A stretch of DNA of 38,249 bases from Neoconidiobolus thromboides FSU 785 (lineage: Eukaryota; Fungi; Entomophthoromycota), in NCBI GenBank assembly GCA_025603075.1, contig MU626443.1, positions 1-38,249 of the forward strand. Reading direction: 5' to 3'. The notes beneath the pieces were generated by a model. That model had not been told where the DNA came from, ran no database searches, and saw only the letters and a list, made by a program, of their open reading frames with translations. Positions 32,762-38,249 of this stretch are shown here, piece after piece (the first letter of the stretch is position 1; each line of letters opens with the position of its first letter). The translations under genes were made by a program, and so were the position numbers.

Positions 32762-35605
32762 TTAATTGGATAACGTTTTATGAGCTAATGAATTATGAAC
32801 AGTCTTATTATCTAAATCAATATTATAACATATATAGATGGCATCCGAACTAAAATAAAAATAAAAAAATTGATTAGTATTAGTAAACTTATTACATTAC
32901 ATTTTACATCCTATTATTATATATGAATTCTATGCTACTATTCTTATTCTATATTAAATAATAGTTTACCTGTATAATAATATATTCATTAAAAACTTAA
33001 AGATATAAAATGGAATGCCAACTCCAATTAAACCAACAATTAAAAAATGATTAGTATGTAAGGTATCTGCTGAAAAACAATAAAAGGCAAATCCAGAAAT
33101 TATACAGCCAAGTAAAATAGCAGAATAAATAGTTATACGTATAATCATTGCTAATACAAAATAAAAGGTTAATAATTTTATATTATTATTATACTATTGT
33201 TAGTTTTTATTATTTAAATTTTTACCTGATAAGAAAATTTGATTCATTCTTTTCCTTAAAATTGATGTAGCTAATTTACTTGATTTCAAAAACGATTTTC
33301 CAGAGATACCAATATAAGATACAGTATAAAAACTAATACTTTCGACCAAATTAGCTATTATTAAAATTGGAAAAAATAAAATTCTTAAGATTCTTCCTTT
33401 TTGTCCATTAATCTATTTATTAAAATAGATTAATATGAAGTTTAGTTAATATATTATTGAAATGTATTCTATCATTTTATTATTATTTTGTTATTAATTT
33501 ACCTTTGGACTATTAATATAAAAAGTCTTTAACAATTTTAAACAATTGCAAAAGGCCATTACTAAAGACGCAAAACTTAAACTTCCTAAAGAAGTAGTAA
33601 GAGAGCGCTTTAAAGCTATTTTTGTTGGATGGTATCCATTTAAAAATTGATATTCTTTTCTATTATAATGAATAAATATTATTAAAAATTTAATATCATT
33701 ATTATTATTATGTTATTATTATAGCTTACTGATAAAAATACCATTGAGATACTGTACCAGCAATACATGATCTAATATATAAATGGATATTGTTATTATT
33801 CTATTACTATATCATTTTATTATTATTTACCTTTCAATATTATTAATAAGTGAAGTTGTCCAGAAATAAAATAAACAATAATAAGGTATTAATAGTTTTA
33901 AATTACTATTCAATATCCATATTTTATCTATAATAATAACGTTAATATTATTATACGATTATATTATTATATTGTTATACTATTATTGCTCTACTTACTT
34001 TGATTGTCTTTATCTGTAGCTTCTAAATGTCCCAATAAAAATAAACGATCAAAAGAGATTAGCCAAATACAAGTAAATAATATATTAATTCCTAAACACA
34101 TTAATGACATTGAAAAAATTTCCAAATTATTTTTTAATACGGTACATGTCATCTAATTGAAAATTATTATTAGTTGTTATTATTTATTACTATTATATAT
34201 TGATTTAACTACCTGTACAATATCAATTGCCTGTTTAACTGAAGAATGATAACGATGTATAATAAATCCATGACTTATTGCCATTAATAAGGGGAAGATT
34301 GAAAAGATATATGAACTAAATTAAATTAATAAATTCTTACATTATTATAATATTATAATATTATTGTTACCCAAGAGATGGATCTCCCTCTCCATAAATA
34401 AAAGAAAATCCAATATGCCCTTTAAATACCATCCAAAGTGAGGTTAACATTGAAAAGGCCGGCATAGATAAAAATAAAAACCAAATAACATTCTGTAATA
34501 GAAATTATCATTATTATTACTATTATTGTTATTCTATATTTTATTTACCTTAGGTATTAAACATAAACTATATAACCATATACAACCAATAATAATCGAA
34601 CTTAAGATATTAATAGTGACTGCCACTAAAAATAAAATTTGATTAGTTCAATTAAAATCGCTTTTTTATAGAAACTTACATAAACTTTCCTTAATAGCAC
34701 GAAAGATAGTAGTTGATGTATATTTTGCAATTAAAGAAGACTTTATAATAATATTAAATTATAACAAATATTAAACAAAAATAATGTCTTACTTGGCTAG
34801 TTTCCCAAAACATAATAATATTAACGATTAAAAAAGAAAGTGTATAACCAATATAAAGTAGTAAAAAAAATACATCTTTGAATTTTTGTTTTTGTGCCCA
34901 AAAAGTAAACTTAATTGTATTCTTATTCTAAAACCAAATTAACTTTTACTAATTCTATAATAAAAATAAAAATTGAATACTTACTTTAATCTCGGGTACA
35001 ATTTCCTGTTCTAGTTGATTCTTTTTGATCTTATTTAAGTAAATGGACCCATGCTAAAAAAGGATAATTAATAAATTTAGATTTAAAACAAATAAAGTCC
35101 TTACTTCCTCAAGTCCATTATAATCTTCTTCTTCATGCATGGGATCCATATCGTCTTCATGATCTATTTCCCTTTCTCTTTCTTCTATTAAACTTTTATT
35201 GTTTAAATCTAAACTTAATTCATCTAACTTTAACTCCTTCACCTCCTCTTTTTTTAATTTCAAAATTTCTGATTCAGCTTCTCTTTTTCCATTCGCTTTT
35301 TCTTCGTCTTTTTTATCTTCCAACGTCTGGTCTTCAAAGAGCTCATTATTGACCATCTCATTTTCTTTAATATTAAAAAATAATGAACTATTCCTTTCAT
35401 TTTTACCTGTTGGTGAAATCAATTCAGCATATTCATTGTTTTGTTTTAAGATTAAATTTAAGGAATTATTTAGATTCCATTTAGTTAATAAACTCCTTTT
35501 TTTCTCCAAATCAGAATGAGAAGTGGTAGCGAATTCATCTTCTCTACCTTCGTCTATTTCGTCGGCAGATAATAACGTTTTTTGCTCAACTGAGTGGATT
35601 GACAT
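32762..35605 (-). CDS. PNS1: Pns1/choline transporter-like (CTL, SLC44) membrane protein (multi-exon)
   Basis: The acidic first exon (ORF-track 35054-35698) splices in frame to KFKDVFFLLLYIG. Later exons give GTVSQWYF, ALKRSLTTSLGSLSFASLV and a terminal SDAIYICYNIDLD...HKTLSN*, all CTL-family motifs. The start at ATG 35605 is inferred. Confidence 0.82.
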
Positions 35606-36338
35606 TTGATAGAATCGTATAATTTCAAAAGAATTAGAAATTAAAAAAGTTATGCTTAAAATAATAGATAATTTTTTAACAGTCACACAATGGTCCAAAC
35701 TAAAATTATTTTAATTCCGATTTAAACATAAATTGGGCATTTTTGACTTGTCTTACTTGGCTCTATTTATGCTAGTTTTTTATTTTTGTAACCACTAAAT
35801 ATAGAATTAAAAAGGCCTAATTGACGTTTAAATCGGATCAATAAGATTGAAATCTTTTAAAACGGGCAACTCATTGCTAAGCCTTAAGCTAAAGTTTTGA
35901 ATTTTCATTGGTGAACAGAAATTCTAAACCAAAAATTTAGGTTTGATACAATAAAAGAGTACTTTTTCAAGGCCATTTTTCTTATCATTTTTATGCTAGG
36001 CTATTAAACAGTAAGGATCAATTATAGATAATTCCTTTATACTTCTAAACTTTACAGTGCTTACAATTAATTTTGAACAGTTTGTTATTTGTAACTTAAG
36101 TTTGGAAGTTGTAGAACTTAAAGCAGTACAAGTTAGTTATTAGTATCCTTCCTCTATGACTTTTAGGCTGAAATTTAAAAATGTTATATATTTTCAATGA
36201 TTATTTTTAGAGCTAAATTGAAATTTGATGTGATAATTTTATTTAGTAAATCAGTAGACACCCAATTCATTAAAGGAACAAATTCTGAATTAAAAACTGA
36301 ATTTGTACTAAAGTTACTGCCATTAAAAAAGATAAAAA

Positions 36339-36444
36339 CCATCTTTTAAGCACCTATTTGAGTAGAAAAATTGTTAGTAAAATTCTTAAACAAAAATACA
36401 TCCTCATTTATTGAGAGAGTAGTGAAGTCAAAAAAAACATCCCC
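36339..36444 (+). mobile_element. Truncated MITE copy N plus an inverted terminal fragment
   Basis: 3' half of the element ending AATACATCCTC at 36405, then GTGAAGTCAAAAAAAACATCCCC at about 36421-36444. Confidence 0.7.
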
Positions 36445-36911
36445 GAATAATAAAATTTTGATATATAAATACTTTATTTTTAAAAAGTATATATATTTGT
36501 GGTACGATAAAAGCAATTTTTTTGCTTTCTTTTGTTTTTTACCAGTATTAATAAGTAGCTTATAAAATAAATTAATTGAGCTTAGCTATTTCAATTACTT
36601 TATCCTCATTTTTGGTAATAATTGTTCTATCTACATTACCTTCACCCCTTTCAATAGCAATCCCCTCTACTACATCTTTATTGATATCATCAACTTTTTG
36701 AACTTACTTCCATTTCCCCATTAACAATATTTTCTTTACCTACTTATTCTATTTATACTAATATTATTTAATTTGGCTAATTTAGTTTTATTTTGATTAG
36801 TAAGTCTAAAACCGGCTATATGGGTTTTAACAAAATTGCTAATAACTCTGGTAGGAGTAAACACTTATTTTACTATGTTCTTGATACTCGTTCTAAAATA
36901 ATTGACTATAT

Positions 36912-37009
36912 AAGGGTGTCTTTTTGGCTTCATTACTTTTTCCATCTTTAAGCGTTATTTAAGGCGAAAAAATCGTTAGTAAAATTTTTAAGCACAAAAA
37001 TACATTCAC
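36912..37009 (+). mobile_element. MITE copy O
   Basis: AAGGGTGTC...TACATTCAC; TSD ATAT/ATAT. Confidence 0.82.
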
Positions 37010-37744
37010 ATATTTATTGTTCGTGTTTTGTCATTTTTCTATGATGATTATTTTGAGGCGCCTTACCTTATTTAGAATTACCCCAGGTAATAACCTTTCT
37101 CTCTTTAGAAATAAAACCTCTTGCTGTTGGATAGTTTATTAATGAGTTACCCTTTTTTAATAACTAATTTAACTAGATTATTTGCTTCACTCAATAATAC
37201 TCACATCTTTTTGGTCACATTATTATGAGTTGGTTTTTTATTATTATTAATCATTTAGACTTAAAATTGAAAAGTTAATTTAAATTTATAAAATAACGTT
37301 TAAATAAATTAAATCACTTTGTTTTATTTTAAAAATCACTATCTAAATACAAGATAAAACAAATTCAGTTTATGAAAATTTGTTTTTATAATTTTTGTTT
37401 TTCCAAGCACTTTGCTTTCTCTAAAGCTTAAATCAAATTAAATTTTTAAAGATTTCCAGTAAAATACTAGTTTAAATGCTTAAACTGAGTTTGATACCAG
37501 GGCTTTACAATCAGATTTAATAATGTTACCTATTTTTATTTAAGTTGATTCATATTTCAATATTTTTTGCAGTTTAAAACTTATCTAAATTAATTTTATT
37601 TTTATTCAAGGGAATATTATACCTTATAATGGATAATAATATAGTTTAATGATAACCATTTTTATAAAAGATTCTATTATTAAAATTTTTGTATTAGGTT
37701 AACTTGTAGTTAGGTGTTTTTTAATCTTTTATTCATAACTAAAT

Positions 37745-37839
37745 GGGGATATATTTTTTGTCTAAGAATTCTACCAATAACCTTTCCACTCAAATAGCAC
37801 TTAAAAATAGAAAAAGTAATGAAGTCAAAAAACATCCCC
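37745..37839 (-). mobile_element. MITE copy P
   Basis: GGGGATA...CATCCCC; TSD AAAT/AAAT. Confidence 0.88.
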
Positions 37840-37900
37840 AAATTTTTCTATTATAAACTCAAAATAGGATAAAACTTTAATACTTAAACTTATATTAAAC

Positions 37901-38249
37901 TGTGAAATCTGGTACTCAGGGTTTGGAGTCAAGGACAGCTATTGCTGGGTTGACTACACTATAAGTCGAAAGGTCTTAGTTTATGTGACTAAGATAGACT
38001 TGGATTATGAGGAATAGCACGTAATAGGTTACAAGCTATATAAGACAAATAGAATAGACAATACTAATGTAAAACCTATGTAAAATACTATTAAGAAAAC
38101 TTAGTGGCTTTATCAAATGTTCGAGATATCAGGGATTAATTCAGTTAAAAAGCCTCGAACTATTATACTCTGTAAACTCTTTTATACTCTGAAAAGTATA
38201 AATATCAAAATGAGAAGATAATATTCTTTTGGATGGAGCTAGAAATTCT
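37901..38249. mobile_element. LTR copy 3 (cut by the window end)
   Basis: Starts TGTGAAATCTGG; about 8 substitutions from copy 1 over 349 bp by manual comparison. Confidence 0.87.

Noticed and set aside
35199-35519. 106-aa + strand ORF
   Set aside because: Antisense shadow of the acidic PNS1 first exon.
5971-37839. MITE copies as a CRISPR array or other repeat-spacer system
   Set aside because: The copies are dispersed, occur in both orientations, are about 100 bp with TIRs and TSDs, have no regular spacers, and no cas genes are present; the context is eukaryotic.

Overview
AT-rich eukaryotic genomic DNA (roughly a quarter GC by eye) with many short GT-AG introns carrying CTAAY-type branch points. 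Gene content and intron style point to an early-diverging fungus, probably Entomophthoromycotina/Zoopagomycota-like; the taxon is inferred, not shown. The left end (1-5.5 kb) holds four secreted-protein genes with no introns in the window: a Thr-rich wall-type protein, a 52-aa peptide missing from the ORF track, a protein of eight 6-Cys repeats, and a class 3 lipase. The rest holds mostly intron-rich housekeeping genes rebuilt by hand across splice sites: CHS7-like, an intronless F-box gene, AKR1, calnexin, TRM6/GCD10, SFT2, SDF2, tRNA-Val(UAC), an R3H-SUZ protein, mitochondrial RRF, APRT, a short COG5-like gene and PNS1/CTL. Intergenic DNA contains about 15 near-complete copies plus fragments of a ~100-bp MITE with copy-specific 4-bp target-site duplications (mostly AWWT), and three copies of a ~460-bp TG...CA LTR. 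I found no CRISPR array, prokaryotic system or autonomous transposase. The most novel-looking items are the MITE family, the 6-Cys repeat protein and the small Thr/Val-rich secreted peptide.
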